A DNA stretch of 63,599 nucleotides, filler included. It is 7 parts of 7 records of this genome, joined end to end, with 100 filler letters (N's around TTAATTAATTAA, not from the genome) between each part and the next. Parts side by side here need not be neighbours in the genome. Positions count along the whole stretch, not along the records: positions 31,262 to 38,263 come from SRR31147125_30215; positions 38,364 to 47,539 come from SRR31147125_30245; 5 more parts are not named here. One strand, written 5' to 3'. Under the pieces are notes generated by a model, which had not been told where the DNA came from, did not search any database, and was given only the letters and a program-made list of their open reading frames with translations. The translations under genes and the position numbers were made by a program. Shown in pieces: positions 31,262-42,772 of this stretch. Within the stretch, counting starts at the first letter, position 1. The number at the start of each line of letters is the position of its first letter.

Positions 31262-31531
31262 AAAAAAGAAACTTTTTTTAGAATAGTTATTCCATTTTTG
31301 AAAAAAAATATTTTACACGGTTTAATTTTATCCACAGGAAGAATTATAGGTGAAGTAGGTATGACTCTTATGATTGGAGGTAATATTCCAAATAAAACAA
31401 ATACAATCTCACTTGAAATATATAATGCGGTTCTTGATGGGGAAAATCAAAGAGCATTTATTCTATCTTCTATTTTATTTGTATTTTCTTTTTCTATTTT
31501 TTCTATTATAAAATTAATTGATCGAGAGTGA
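31262..31531 (+). CDS. modB: molybdate ABC permease, 3' fragment
   Basis: GEVGMTLMIGGNIPNKTNTISLEIY matches the ModB C-terminal motif. Overlaps the modC start. Confidence 0.85.
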   Translation, partial: KKETFFRIVIPFLKKNILHGLILSTGRIIGEVGMTLMIGGNIPNKTNTISLEIYNAVLDGENQRAFILSSILFVFSFSIFSIIKLIDRE

Positions 31532-32244
31532 TTTCTATGATAAATATAAATATAAGAAAAAAATTAATTCAAAAAGATAATTCATTTGAATTAAATATAA
31601 ATTTTGATTCAAATAATAGAGAAAATCTTTTTTTAGTTGGAAATTCCGGAAGTGGTAAAACTACTATTCTCAATATTTTATCAGGGTTAATAAGTCCTGA
31701 TAAAGGAAGTATTCAAGTCGATAATGAAACCTGGTATGACTTCAATGATAAAATTAATATTGCCATTCAAAATAGGAGTATTGGTTATTTATTTCAAGGA
31801 TATCGACTATTCCCTAATATGAATGTTAAAGAAAATATCCTATATGGAATGAATAGTAAAGATGAACTTCTTGCTAAAGATTTAATGAAAATAATGAAGT
31901 TAGAAAAATTTGCAACTGCAAATGTTAATAAGCTGTCGGGAGGACAAAAACAAAGAGTAGCTCTGGCCAGAGCAATTGCAAGAAAACCAAAATTATTACT
32001 ATTAGACGAACCTTTTTCCGCACTTGATTTTAATCTCAAATCGGAATTAATGGCAGACTTAGAAGAACTAAAAGAACAGTTTAAGTTTAAAATGATTATG
32101 GTTACTCATGATCTTAGAGAAATAATAACCCTTTGCGGTGAAGTAATTTATTTAGAAAATGGAAGTATTAAAAGCAAATCATGGTTTAACGGAGACCTCA
32201 TTCATGATAAAAAAACTGTTTTGTTAAAAAATGGTTTGAATTAA
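31528..32244 (+). CDS. modC: molybdate ABC ATP-binding protein
   Basis: Walker A GNSGSGKT, LSGGQKQR and LLLLDEPF. Lies between modB and modD. Confidence 0.85.
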   Translation: MISMININIRKKLIQKDNSFELNINFDSNNRENLFLVGNSGSGKTTILNILSGLISPDKGSIQVDNETWYDFNDKINIAIQNRSIGYLFQGYRLFPNMNVKENILYGMNSKDELLAKDLMKIMKLEKFATANVNKLSGGQKQRVALARAIARKPKLLLLDEPFSALDFNLKSELMADLEELKEQFKFKMIMVTHDLREIITLCGEVIYLENGSIKSKSWFNGDLIHDKKTVLLKNGLN

Positions 32245-32288
32245 ACAAATAATATTTTTAAATATAAAATATATACGAGGAGGAAAAA

Positions 32289-33146
32289 ATGTCATTTTAT
32301 ATAAGTAATTATGAACTGGAGAAAATAATAGAGGAGGATGTTAATCCTATTGATTTAACTTCTGAACTTCTGAATCTGGATCAATATCAGGCAAAAATAA
32401 ACTATAAAGCAAGACACTCTATGGTTGTCTGTTGTACAGAAGAAGCTGAGAGGATTTGTGAACTATTTAAAATTAACACCACATTTAAATTAAAAAGTGG
32501 TACTCTTATCAAAGAAGGAGATATTTTTGAAGCAGTTGGAGATGCTGATAAAATCCATATGGTATGGAAAACATTACTAAGAATCTTTGAAGGCTTTTCT
32601 GCAATGGCAAGCAGAACATATGAATTTGTGGAGAGAGTAAAGAAAATTGATAAAAAAATTAATGTGGTTACTACAAGGAAAAATTTGGCCGGAACTAAAA
32701 AATTAGCGCTGAAAGCTGTAATCGCAGGTGGGGCTCAACCTCATAGAATGGGATTATCAGAAACAATTCTAATTTTCGATCAACACCTTAAATTTGTAAA
32801 AGATGATAATGAATTAATAAAAAAACTTGAAGAGATGAAAGAACAAGTACTTGAAAAGAAAATTGGGATTGAAGCTCAAAATTTTGAGGATGCTGTGAAA
32901 TATGTAAAGATGGGATTTGATTTTGTTCAGTTAGACAAATTTTCACCTGAAGAGATAAAAAAATTAATAGATGAAGCTCAAAAAATTAATGAAAATGTAG
33001 TAATTGTTGCTGCCGGTGGAATAAATTATGAAAATGCAGAGAAATATGCAAAAAGCGGTGTTCCTGTTATTGTTACCTCTTCTCTTTATTTCGGTAAACC
33101 TTCTGATATCAAAGCTACAATAGAAAAAGTTGATTTTCCCAAATAA
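32289..33146 (+). CDS. modD: ModD protein (NadC/QPRTase-like)
   Basis: TTRK, HRMGLSETILIF, QLDKF and AAGGIN motifs. Position in the mod operon. Confidence 0.85.
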   Translation: MSFYISNYELEKIIEEDVNPIDLTSELLNLDQYQAKINYKARHSMVVCCTEEAERICELFKINTTFKLKSGTLIKEGDIFEAVGDADKIHMVWKTLLRIFEGFSAMASRTYEFVERVKKIDKKINVVTTRKNLAGTKKLALKAVIAGGAQPHRMGLSETILIFDQHLKFVKDDNELIKKLEEMKEQVLEKKIGIEAQNFEDAVKYVKMGFDFVQLDKFSPEEIKKLIDEAQKINENVVIVAAGGINYENAEKYAKSGVPVIVTSSLYFGKPSDIKATIEKVDFPK

Positions 33147-33185
33147 AATTATATAGTATATAATGAAGGTCTGAATGAATGGAAC

Positions 33186-33220
33186 AAAAACAAGTCCTTA
33201 TTTTTAAAGGACTTGTTTTT
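33186..33220. terminator. bidirectional intrinsic terminator
   Basis: AAAAACAAGTCCTT-N7-AAGGACTTGTTTTT between convergent genes. Confidence 0.8.
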
Positions 33221-33257
33221 AAATTTATATCTTTAAAGTAGTTTTCTATCACTTCAC

Positions 33258-33536
33258 CTATTTAATAAGTGATCTAAAAAAATCAAAGACTAAATAGTTA
33301 GAAAATATTAACATTGGAAGTGCCACCCAAAAATACCATTTTTTTATTTTATGTCTAAAACCAAGCATTGCTAAAAGACCTCCTACAGCACCCATATAAA
33401 CCATAGACAGAATCAACGCTATCTCTGGAAGTCTGCTTTTATTTCTCTTTGCCTGTAGCTTATCAATCGAAAATAGAGCAAATGAACAAACATTTAATAC
33501 AACAACAACTATTAATAAAATTCTCACTTCTGTCAT
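33258..33536 (-). CDS. DUF1294 family small membrane protein
   Basis: DK..AKR...RLPE..L and GG...M..FRHK.KK..F pattern. Confidence 0.8.
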   Translation of the reverse strand: MTEVRILLIVVVVLNVCSFALFSIDKLQAKRNKSRLPEIALILSMVYMGAVGGLLAMLGFRHKIKKWYFWVALPMLIFSNYLVFDFFRSLIK

Positions 33537-33877
33537 ATTTACACCTCAACTTATTTTTTTTAGAAAACTCTTTACTTTTTCAGGATTTATTACGATATTA
33601 TATATGATAAGAGCTTTGTTTAAATCAAAGTTCTTTTAATTGATATAATATTTTACATTAGTTGAAAACAAAATTCAACACTTTAATCGTGATAGATATA
33701 TTTATTTATTAAACATAGTGGTTTTTTAAACTAATTTAAAGGAAATAAGCTCTGTTATTGCTTTTTTCTGATAATTTATATATAATGTATGGGATGTAAA
33801 ATTTAAAACCAAGTATAATAAATAATAATTGGAAGTATATGTAGCTAAATAAAGCTGTTGCATATTTAAGGAGGATA

Positions 33878-34807
33878 TTGATTATGAAAAAACTGGCCTT
33901 ATTAGTGGCGGGATTAATGATTTTTAACTTATCTTTTTCGGAGGTAGAGAACATTGAAACTGGAAATGTTTATCTATTCGGAGATGGAGGAGATTCTAGA
34001 ACTTTAGATGCAAGAGAAAATGAAGAAGGACTTGGTTTAGATGAATTCGATATTCCTTCAAACCAAACGCAAAATCAAAGTAGATCAAATAAAGATCAAG
34101 ATAAATTCCAAGTAGGTGCCGCTTTACTATTAGGTAGTAAAGAGTATGATGGTGATGATTCAAAATTTATGTTTTTACCACTATTAGATATTCAATACAA
34201 TGGAATCTATGTAGATAAAACAATCGCAGGTATCAAAATACTAGAAAGAGAGGATATTCAATTTGCTATAATTGGTGAATACAATATGATGGGGTACGAC
34301 GCAGGTAAATTATCTGGTGACTATAGTAGCCACTTAGAAGATGCTGGTCGAGAGATTAGAGCTGGTTTTGGTATTGAGTTCACACCTCTTACATCATCTG
34401 ATATACAACTTGATTTTAACTTAACAAGAGATTTCTCAGGAAAAAGTAATGGATTCAAAGTTCACTTAGAGGGACAAAGAACTATTAGATACTCGCAAGA
34501 GATTGAAATAGAACCGAGTGTTTTCTATACACTATATAGTAAAGATATGATTAACTACTATTATGGTGTTACTACTGATCAAGAAGAGGAAGCAGAAGAG
34601 GCAGGTAATGACATCAATAGCTACACTTCGGAGACTGCTGGATACAAAATCGGCCTTGGAGTAGACTTCGATTACTACTTAAGTACTTCGGTTATCCTAA
34701 AATCATTTAACAAAGTTGAAATGTTATCATCTGAAATAGTATCAAGTCCATTAGTAAAAAGTTCATTTAATCTTGAAGTTGGAGCAGGATTTGTTCTATC
34801 TTTATAG
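33878..34807 (+). CDS. MipA/OmpV family outer-membrane protein
   Basis: Signal peptide, YDG....FLP, YYYGV and SPLV motifs, amphipathic beta-strands. Start probably ATG 33884. Confidence 0.7.
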   Translation: MIMKKLALLVAGLMIFNLSFSEVENIETGNVYLFGDGGDSRTLDARENEEGLGLDEFDIPSNQTQNQSRSNKDQDKFQVGAALLLGSKEYDGDDSKFMFLPLLDIQYNGIYVDKTIAGIKILEREDIQFAIIGEYNMMGYDAGKLSGDYSSHLEDAGREIRAGFGIEFTPLTSSDIQLDFNLTRDFSGKSNGFKVHLEGQRTIRYSQEIEIEPSVFYTLYSKDMINYYYGVTTDQEEEAEEAGNDINSYTSETAGYKIGLGVDFDYYLSTSVILKSFNKVEMLSSEIVSSPLVKSSFNLEVGAGFVLSL

Positions 34808-34817
34808 TAGATATTAT

Positions 34818-34842
34818 GAGAGGTATATACCTCTCTTTTTTT
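34818..34842 (+). terminator. intrinsic terminator
   Basis: GAGAGGTA-TA-TACCTCTC followed by a T run. Confidence 0.65.
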
Positions 34843-34997
34843 ATTAATTTTTTTGACATTCTGTGAGTCTTCTTAAAAAACTTATTAATGTTTATTAAAT
34901 AATTCAAACGTATACTAATTAATAACTTTGGATAGTGTTTTTAAAACTGATAAATTTATATTTTGTGAATTGTTAATATTGATTTAAAAGAAAAATA

Positions 34998-35948
34998 TTG
35001 GAGGTTTTCAAATTGAAGAAAAACAGAATAATTGCTTTATTAATTTTAGGTATAGTTCTATTCACCGCTTGTGCAAACAAAAGTTCTGATAAGTATGAAA
35101 CTATGGAAGCCAAAGAAGATATGGCGGTACAGGAATTAAGAGCTCCGGCTAAAAAAATACTCGCTAATTCTGCTAAATTAAATATAGTTAAAACTGAGAG
35201 AAAGATCATTCAAAATTCATATATTGAGATGGAAACACTTAATTTCGAAGATACTATTGAAAAAATAAAAATGAAAACATTTACTTTAAATGGTTATTTT
35301 GAAAATATGAGAATAGATGGTAAAAGAATTATTGAAGAATATTATCCACTTAGAACTGCAAATTTCGTTATTCGTATCCCGAAAGATAAAAATGAAGAGA
35401 TAATAAACTCCTTTGACGATTTTGGTAATATCACTGTAAATGAGATAAACAGTACCGATGTAACTGAACAATATGTTGATACAGAAGCTAGATTAAAAGC
35501 ATTATTAATACAAGAAACTAGGTTATTAGAGATAATGAAAACCGCTAAAAAAATTGAAGATATCATTAAACTTGAGAAACGGATATCTGAAATAAGATAC
35601 AAAATCGAAGGATATCAGGGTTCAATAAATAAATGGGATAATTTAGTTGAATTTACTACAATTAGACTTCAAATTTATGAGGTTAGAAAAGTTACTGAAC
35701 CAGAACCTGAAGGCTTAATTTCTAAAGCCATCAATAGTTTTACTAACTCAATTGAAAACTTAAAACTATTTTTACAATCTCTTGTAATACTAGCATTTGC
35801 ATTAGTTCCATTTTTAGTTCTAATAATTCCAGCTGCTTTCGTGGTACTTCATATTAGTAAAAAAACTAAGATTAATATAAAACATAAATCAAAAAATATA
35901 AATCAAAAAAAGATAATGAAAATAATAAAGATTAGTTCAAATAGATAG
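34998..35948 (+). CDS. DUF4349 domain lipoprotein
   Basis: Lipobox FTAC, RKII, RIP and DVTEQYVDTEARL motifs, coiled coil and C-terminal TM segment. Confidence 0.8.
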   Translation: MEVFKLKKNRIIALLILGIVLFTACANKSSDKYETMEAKEDMAVQELRAPAKKILANSAKLNIVKTERKIIQNSYIEMETLNFEDTIEKIKMKTFTLNGYFENMRIDGKRIIEEYYPLRTANFVIRIPKDKNEEIINSFDDFGNITVNEINSTDVTEQYVDTEARLKALLIQETRLLEIMKTAKKIEDIIKLEKRISEIRYKIEGYQGSINKWDNLVEFTTIRLQIYEVRKVTEPEPEGLISKAINSFTNSIENLKLFLQSLVILAFALVPFLVLIIPAAFVVLHISKKTKINIKHKSKNINQKKIMKIIKISSNR

Positions 35949-35973
35949 GGCGGGAAAATCCCGCCCTTATTTT
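35947..35973. terminator. intrinsic terminator between convergent genes
   Basis: AGGGCGGGA-AAA-TCCCGCCCT stem-loop followed by a T-rich tract. Confidence 0.7.
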
Positions 35974-36023
35974 CATATCTTTTAATTATATAAATAATTT
36001 TTTATCTAGTTACAATATCTTAA

Positions 36024-37994
36024 TTACTCTATCTCATCTAACTTCTCAGCAATTTTTTCCGCTGTAAGGCTAAAAAATTCAGCTAATTCTGACGCAGGTC
36101 CTGATTCTCCAAACCTATCTATTCCAATCACAATATCAGCCATTCCGCGCCATCCTGATGATACACCTGCCTCAATTGCCACCACAGTTGCTTCTTGTGG
36201 AATTAAATCCTCAAGCTCATCCATGTTTTTCTCAAACAGATCTCTGCATAAAACTGAGACAAGTTGAATCTTTCTGCCTGCTATTTTAATTGCTTCATCT
36301 GCCAAGGCAACCTCCGAACCACTTGCTAGAACTACAATTTCAGGGTCAAAAGATTCTTTAACTAAGTAGGCACCTTTTTTTATATTCTCTTTCCACTTTG
36401 GATCCTCTTTTGAGTATGTACTTAGATTTTGCCTTGTTAATAATATTGCAGTAGGTGTCTCCTTGCTTTCAAGAGCTATTTTCCACGCTTCAACTGTTTC
36501 CTCTCCATCTCCTGGTCTTAACACATTTAAGTTTGGTATTACCCTTAGAGATTCGGCATGCTCAATAGGTTGATGAGTCGGTCCATCTTCTCCTACAAAT
36601 ATCGAATCATGAGTAAATACAAATATTTGCGGAATCTTCATAAGAGCTGCTAACCTAATCGCTGGTCTCATATAGTCAGCAAAAACAAGAAATGTTGCAC
36701 AAAATGACTTTAAACCACCATATAATAGCATTCCATTTGCAATTCCCCCCATTGCATGCTCTCTAACTCCGAAGTGGATGTTCCTTCCTAACCTATTAAT
36801 TTTGTCGTAATCACCTTTTCCATTCATGTTAGTCTTGTTAGAGGGAGCAAGGTCAGCACTTCCTCCTATGAGGTTTGGTAGAGCGTCAGCTATGGCATTG
36901 ATACATTTACCACTCGAATTCCTACTTGCCTCCATATCTCCTATATTATATTCAGGAAAATTAATACTCTCAATATCTAGCTCTCCAAACAATTTATCCC
37001 ATTCTTCTTTTAACTCTGGGTTTGCTGTCTCCCATTTAGCTAAGTTTATCTCCCAATTTTTTAGCTGTATATCCCAATCATGTTGTTTCTTTTCAACAAA
37101 CTCCTTTGCAACAGGTGAGATATAGAAATCTTCATCTTCAGGAATTCTTAAAAATTTTCTTGCTGCAATTATCTCATCATGACCAAGTGGAGCGCCGTGT
37201 ACGTCATGTGTTCCTTGTTTATTAGGAGCACCGTAACCTATTACTGAGTTTAGAGTAATAAGTGTAGGTCGAGTTTTATCAGCCTTTGCAATGCTAACTA
37301 AGGTTTGAATCTCATCGAAGTTAAATGCACTTCCCTCTAATATTTGCCAACCGTAAGCTTTAAATCTAGTTTCAACATTTTCAGTGAAGGCTAGTTCAGT
37401 ACTACCCTCAATAGTTATTCTATTAGAATCATAAAAAACTATAAGTTTACCAAGACCCAAATGTCCTGCAAGTGAGGCTGCTTCTGAGGAAATTCCCTCC
37501 ATCAAGCACCCATCTCCAGATAAAGCATAGGTATAATTATCTATTACATTATATTCATCAGTATTAAATTTTGCAGCTAAATGAGATTCCGCTATAGCCA
37601 TCCCTACAGCATTACTAAATCCTGCACCAAGAGGCCCGCTCGTCGTCTCTACTCCAGCTGTATGTCCGTACTCTGGATGCCCTGGTGTCTTTGAGCCTAA
37701 CTGTCTAAAATTCTTCAGCTCATCAAGACTCAAATCATAACCACATAAATGTAACAATGAGTAGAGCATTGCTGAACCATGCCCTGCTGATAATACAAAT
37801 CTGTCTCTATTTATCCAATCAGGCTTTTGGGGATTATGTCTTAAAATATGTGTATATAGTAAACTTCCTAAATCAGCGCAACCAAGTGGAAGTCCTGGAT
37901 GTCCTGAATTAGCAGCCTGTACAGCATCCATTGACAAAGCTCTAACCGAACGCGATACCTCTTTCAAACTCTTCTTTAGTTTATCATCTAACAT
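36024..37994 (-). CDS. tkt: transketolase
   Basis: SGHPG, DRFVLSAGH, GHPE, GDGCLMEG (ThDP motif), GVREHAM and GEDGPTHQP. Confidence 0.97.
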   Translation of the reverse strand: MLDDKLKKSLKEVSRSVRALSMDAVQAANSGHPGLPLGCADLGSLLYTHILRHNPQKPDWINRDRFVLSAGHGSAMLYSLLHLCGYDLSLDELKNFRQLGSKTPGHPEYGHTAGVETTSGPLGAGFSNAVGMAIAESHLAAKFNTDEYNVIDNYTYALSGDGCLMEGISSEAASLAGHLGLGKLIVFYDSNRITIEGSTELAFTENVETRFKAYGWQILEGSAFNFDEIQTLVSIAKADKTRPTLITLNSVIGYGAPNKQGTHDVHGAPLGHDEIIAARKFLRIPEDEDFYISPVAKEFVEKKQHDWDIQLKNWEINLAKWETANPELKEEWDKLFGELDIESINFPEYNIGDMEASRNSSGKCINAIADALPNLIGGSADLAPSNKTNMNGKGDYDKINRLGRNIHFGVREHAMGGIANGMLLYGGLKSFCATFLVFADYMRPAIRLAALMKIPQIFVFTHDSIFVGEDGPTHQPIEHAESLRVIPNLNVLRPGDGEETVEAWKIALESKETPTAILLTRQNLSTYSKEDPKWKENIKKGAYLVKESFDPEIVVLASGSEVALADEAIKIAGRKIQLVSVLCRDLFEKNMDELEDLIPQEATVVAIEAGVSSGWRGMADIVIGIDRFGESGPASELAEFFSLTAEKIAEKLDEIE

Positions 37995-38263
37995 ACTATA
38001 CCTCCATTCTTATTTATATATTATTTAAGATTTCACATAAAATTTAATTTTTACTGAAAAACTCTATTAATAATATATGTGACATTGCATTTCTATCCTG
38101 TAATTTCTATATTTAAGGACTTTTGCATAAGGTGTAGTTTTTAATGTAAAATTATTTAATTTTACTTAAAAGACCACACAAGCGTATCAAAAAACATAAC
38201 GAATAAGCCTAATTGTTCAGTTTTTAAGCTTTTCATAACTGAATTATTAGAAAATTATGACGT

Positions 38264-38363
38264 NNNNNNNNNNNNNNNNNNNNNNNNNNNNNNNNNNNNN
38301 NNNNNNNTTAATTAATTAANNNNNNNNNNNNNNNNNNNNNNNNNNNNNNNNNNNNNNNNNNNN
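38264..38363. other. artificial contig linker
   Basis: N44-TTAATTAATTAA-N44. Confidence 0.98.
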
Positions 38364-40250
38364 TCAGATACTGGGAAAAAGGTAAAGCTAAATTTAATGC
38401 CAAACCCATCTCATCTGGAAGCTGTTGCTACCTTGGTTCAGGGAATGTCGCGATCACGAATTGATTCGATGTATGACGGTAATTTTGGGAAATTAGCTCC
38501 AATTGTAATACATGGAGATGCCGCAATTGCATCGCAGGGAGTTGTTTATGAGGTTATACAAATGTCACAACTCAAAGGCTATAAAACTGGAGGAACCATT
38601 CATTTGGTAATTAATAATCAGGTTGGGTTTACTACCAACTATCTGGATGCACGATCAAGCACCTATTGTACCGATGTTGCAAAAGTAACAAGATCTCCTG
38701 TTTTCCATGTGAATGGCGATGATGTTGAATCAATGATATACACAATTAAGTTGGCAATGGAGTTTAGACAAAAATTTCATTCCGATGTTTTTATTGATAT
38801 TCTTTGCTACCGAAAATATGGTCATAATGAAGGGGATGAACCCCGATTTACTCAGCCATTACTCTATAAGGCTATTTCTGCACATAAAAATCCACGTGAT
38901 ATTTATGTTGAAAAGTTAGCGGCTAGAGGTACTTTCGATCAGACCGAGGCGAGAAGTGAAATAAAAGAATTTGATGCTTTCTTAGAATCTAAATACAAAG
39001 AATCAGAAAAAATAGATCGTTTGAAAATACGGAAGTTCATGCTGAATGAGTATGAACCATTTGACCTTGCTTCAAAATCTGATTTCTCAAAGTCTGTAAA
39101 AACGGGAGTTGCAAAAGAAAGATTGATACAAATTGGTGAAAAAATAAATTCATTGCCTGAAGGAAAAGTATTTTATAAGAAAGTAAACCGTATTATCTCA
39201 GATCGCAGAATGATGCTGCTCGACAACAAGCTCGACTGGGCTATGGCAGAACTATTAGCTTACGGAACCTTGCTTGATGAGGGGCATCCTGTAAGAATTA
39301 GTGGACAGGATAGTGAACGTGGAACATTTGCTCACCGTCATGCTTCATTTGTTGAAGAAGTAGATGGAAAACACTTCCCACTAAAGCATGTTTCGGAGAA
39401 TCAAGCACCTTTTCATATCTACAATTCACCCCTTTCGGAATACGGTGTTATGGGCTTTGAATATGGATATGCACTCACACAGCCTAATGCTTTAACCGTT
39501 TGGGAGGCTCAGTTTGGCGATTTTAGCAATGTAGCACAGGTTATAATTGACCAATTTATTACGTCTGCTGATGAAAAGTGGGGGCTAATGAATAATTTGG
39601 TGCTTTTCCTACCTCATGGATATGAGGGGCAAGGACCTGAACATTCCAGTGCACGAATTGAACGTTTTCTAACATTGGCGGCAAATAACAATATGCAAAT
39701 TGTTGTACCTACCACACCTGATAATATGTTCCACCTATTGCGAAGACATCTAAAATGGAATGTTCGCTTGCCATTAATCGTTTTTACACCTAAGAGTTTA
39801 TTGCGCCATCCAATGGTTAGCTGCACATTAGAGGAGTTGTCGGATGGACATTTTCAGGAAGTAATAGATGATAACCGGGTGAAGCCTTCAGCTGCTAAAC
39901 AAGTGGTGTTTACAAACGGGAAACTATATTATGATCTAATCAAGAAAAGAGTGAATATTGGAGATCAATCAACAGCAATTGTTCGTGTAGAGCAGTTATA
40001 TCCATTGCCAGAAAAACAAATTGAAGCTATATTGGTAAAATATAAAAAAGCCAATCGAATTATTTGGGCTCAGGATGAACCTGAAAACATGGGAGCATGG
40101 CCGTTTATTTCAAGAAAAATGAAAGATATTCCATTTGAAGTGATTGCACGTCCTGAAAGTGGCAGCCCGGCAGGTGGATTAATGAAGAAACATAATATTA
40201 GGCTGGACAGAATCTTAAATTCAATATTTAAAGAAAAAGTATTAGCTTAA
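38364..40250 (+). CDS. sucA: 2-oxoglutarate dehydrogenase E1 (5'-truncated)
   Basis: [27 protein letters not shown] and [13 protein letters not shown]. Confidence 0.97.
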   Translation, partial: SDTGKKVKLNLMPNPSHLEAVATLVQGMSRSRIDSMYDGNFGKLAPIVIHGDAAIASQGVVYEVIQMSQLKGYKTGGTIHLVINNQVGFTTNYLDARSSTYCTDVAKVTRSPVFHVNGDDVESMIYTIKLAMEFRQKFHSDVFIDILCYRKYGHNEGDEPRFTQPLLYKAISAHKNPRDIYVEKLAARGTFDQTEARSEIKEFDAFLESKYKESEKIDRLKIRKFMLNEYEPFDLASKSDFSKSVKTGVAKERLIQIGEKINSLPEGKVFYKKVNRIISDRRMMLLDNKLDWAMAELLAYGTLLDEGHPVRISGQDSERGTFAHRHASFVEEVDGKHFPLKHVSENQAPFHIYNSPLSEYGVMGFEYGYALTQPNALTVWEAQFGDFSNVAQVIIDQFITSADEKWGLMNNLVLFLPHGYEGQGPEHSSARIERFLTLAANNNMQIVVPTTPDNMFHLLRRHLKWNVRLPLIVFTPKSLLRHPMVSCTLEELSDGHFQEVIDDNRVKPSAAKQVVFTNGKLYYDLIKKRVNIGDQSTAIVRVEQLYPLPEKQIEAILVKYKKANRIIWAQDEPENMGAWPFISRKMKDIPFEVIARPESGSPAGGLMKKHNIRLDRILNSIFKEKVLA

Positions 40251-40264
40251 ACAAAAAACCGAAT

Positions 40265-41512
40265 ATGATCATTGAAATAAAAATACCGACACCTGGAGAA
40301 TCAATTACTGAAGTTGAACTTGGAAAATGGTTAGTTGAAGATAACAGCATTGTTGAAAAAGGTGAGGAGATTGCAGAAATCGAATCAGATAAAGCAACTT
40401 TAACTCTTGTTGCTGACGAAGGCGGGTTAATTCAATTTAAAGTAGATGAAGGCGATTCAGTTGAAGTAGGAGCTATTGCCTGTACGATTGATACTGACAA
40501 AAAACCAGCTGTTTCAGAAGTAACCACAAAAGAAAACAAAAAGGAAATTATTGCGAATGCCCCGTCTGCAGAGAATAATCGTGAAGTATCTAAGGCTAGT
40601 TCCGATGATTTTAATAAGGTGAAAATTACCGCCGTTGCCCAAAAAATGATGGACGAGAATAAGCTTTCTGTTGATGATATTATCAATGGATTAAAGCGCA
40701 TTTCTAAAAAGGATGTGCAATCGGTTCTTGATGCGCCTTCAGGTTCAGTAGATAAACAGATATTAGATAATCCGGCTTTTTCACGAGAGGAAAACAGGGA
40801 AAAGATGAGTATGCTTCGGCGCAAGTTAAGTAAACGATTGGTTGCTGTGAAAAATGAAACAGCTATGCTAACTACGTTTAACGAGATTGATATGACTCGT
40901 GTGATGGAAATTCGTAAAAAGCACCAAAGTCAGTTTATTGAGAAGCATGGGTTTAAACTTGGCTTCATGTCATTTTTCACCAAAGCTGTGGCAGCTGCAA
41001 TGAAATTTCATCCTGCAATTAATTCGATGATAGATGGCGAAGAGATTATTCAGCCTGAATTTGTAGATGTTGGAATTGCAGTGCAGACACCTAAAGGTCT
41101 AATGGTACCAATAGTTCGTAATTCCGAAAGCAAAACGATACCCGTTATTGAGGCTGAAATAAAGGAACTGGCAGAAAAGGCCAGAAACAAAAAAATATCT
41201 GTTGAAGAATTAACTGGTGGTACTTTTACAATTACGAATGGCGGAACATTTGGCTCGTTATTGTCAACGCCTATTATTAATCCACCGCAATCAGCTATTT
41301 TGGGTATGCATAATATTGTTGATCGTCCGGTTGCAGTAAATGGAAAAGTAGAAATAAGACCAATGATGTATATTGCGTTATCATATGATCATCGCATAAT
41401 TGATGGAAAGGACTCAGTTGGCTTTTTGGTGAAAGTAAAAGAGTTTATAGAAAATCCGGAGAATCTAATATTGAATGGAATAAATCCTGAGCAGTTTCTT
41501 CTCGATATTTAA
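40265..41512 (+). CDS. sucB: dihydrolipoyl succinyltransferase E2
   Basis: Lipoyl domain [14 protein letters not shown] and YDHRIIDG. Confidence 0.97.
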   Translation: MIIEIKIPTPGESITEVELGKWLVEDNSIVEKGEEIAEIESDKATLTLVADEGGLIQFKVDEGDSVEVGAIACTIDTDKKPAVSEVTTKENKKEIIANAPSAENNREVSKASSDDFNKVKITAVAQKMMDENKLSVDDIINGLKRISKKDVQSVLDAPSGSVDKQILDNPAFSREENREKMSMLRRKLSKRLVAVKNETAMLTTFNEIDMTRVMEIRKKHQSQFIEKHGFKLGFMSFFTKAVAAAMKFHPAINSMIDGEEIIQPEFVDVGIAVQTPKGLMVPIVRNSESKTIPVIEAEIKELAEKARNKKISVEELTGGTFTITNGGTFGSLLSTPIINPPQSAILGMHNIVDRPVAVNGKVEIRPMMYIALSYDHRIIDGKDSVGFLVKVKEFIENPENLILNGINPEQFLLDI

Positions 41513-41534
41513 CAATTAAAATTTAACAATATTT

Positions 41535-41566
41535 AAGGTCATCTCATTCGTGAGGTGGCCTTTTTT
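41535..41566 (+). terminator. intrinsic terminator of sucAB
   Basis: AAGGTCATCTCA-TTCG-TGAGGTGGCCTT plus T run. Confidence 0.8.
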
Positions 41567-41700
41567 GCTATTTATATTCTAATATTCGATAAACATTCTT
41601 AAAAAGCTATAAATTGATTTGATGCAAGATCTAAAAAATCAACTTTTGTAATTCAAAACAGAATCTAAGTCGATTAAATCATCTTGTTTTTATTGAATTT

Positions 41701-42771
41701 ATGATTAAAGCTTCATCATCCAACAATCTAAAGCTTGTTATTCATTTTGTACTTTTGGTGCTATTTATCCTGGTTTTTCCAGTTGTCGTAAATTACCTGA
41801 ACAACCATTCGAACTTAAAATTTATGTTCTTTACGATGGTTGTTTTGGTTGGTATTTTCTACTTAAACTATTATGTCTTAATCCCTAAGTTTCTTTCTAA
41901 GAGAAAATTTCGAAACTATGCCGGAGCAATTGTAATTATAATGACGATTGTAGTCTCTTTATTTTATTTCATAAGACCTCCTCGACCTGATTTTTCTCCA
42001 GATAATAGAGATAAATACATTTCAGAGAAATTTGAAAGAGGAGAAATGCCAAAACCTCCAAAACTGTTTTTTCTAAATTTTAGTGTAATTGTATTGGCAA
42101 CAATATCACTTGCTTTAAGCACCAGTATTCGAGGAACACGGGAATGGTTTACAAACGAAAAGATATTGAAGGATATTGAAAATCAGAAGTTATCTGCTGA
42201 ACTTTCATTTCTAAAGGCTCAAATAAACCCACATTTCTTTTTTAATACACTTAATGGGATTTATGCTCTGGCTAGACAGAAATCAGATCAAACCCCAGAA
42301 GTTATTTTGAAGCTTTCGAGCTTAATGCGCTATATCATTTACGATGCCAGTGTCAGTGCTGTATTGCTTGAGAAAGAATTGGAGCATATTGTGAATTATA
42401 TCGACCTTCAAAAAATTAGGTTGAATGAAAAAGTAAAAGTAGACCTCGTGAAAAAGGGAAATCCGGAAGGTTTATTGATCGCTCCTTTGTTGTTCTCCGT
42501 TTTTCTTGAGAATGCCTTTAAACATGGTATCGATTATAGTAAAATGGGAACAATAGATATTACGATTTTAATCGATGAAAGAAATCTGTTTTTTAGTGTG
42601 AAAAATCCGATTCCTGAAATAAAACCAAAGGAGTTAATTAGTCAACAATCGGGGCTGGGATTGAAAAATATTAAGAAAAGACTTGATTTAATCTATCCAA
42701 AAGAACATCGATTAAGAATTCTAGAGGTAGATAAACATTATACCGTTGAATTATTTTTAAAACTCTCATAA
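41701..42771 (+). CDS. LytS/YehU-type sensor histidine kinase
   Basis: TM segments, LKAQINPHFFFNTLN, ENAFKHG and GLGLKN. Confidence 0.92.
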   Translation: MIKASSSNNLKLVIHFVLLVLFILVFPVVVNYLNNHSNLKFMFFTMVVLVGIFYLNYYVLIPKFLSKRKFRNYAGAIVIIMTIVVSLFYFIRPPRPDFSPDNRDKYISEKFERGEMPKPPKLFFLNFSVIVLATISLALSTSIRGTREWFTNEKILKDIENQKLSAELSFLKAQINPHFFFNTLNGIYALARQKSDQTPEVILKLSSLMRYIIYDASVSAVLLEKELEHIVNYIDLQKIRLNEKVKVDLVKKGNPEGLLIAPLLFSVFLENAFKHGIDYSKMGTIDITILIDERNLFFSVKNPIPEIKPKELISQQSGLGLKNIKKRLDLIYPKEHRLRILEVDKHYTVELFLKLS

Positions 42772-42772
42772 A

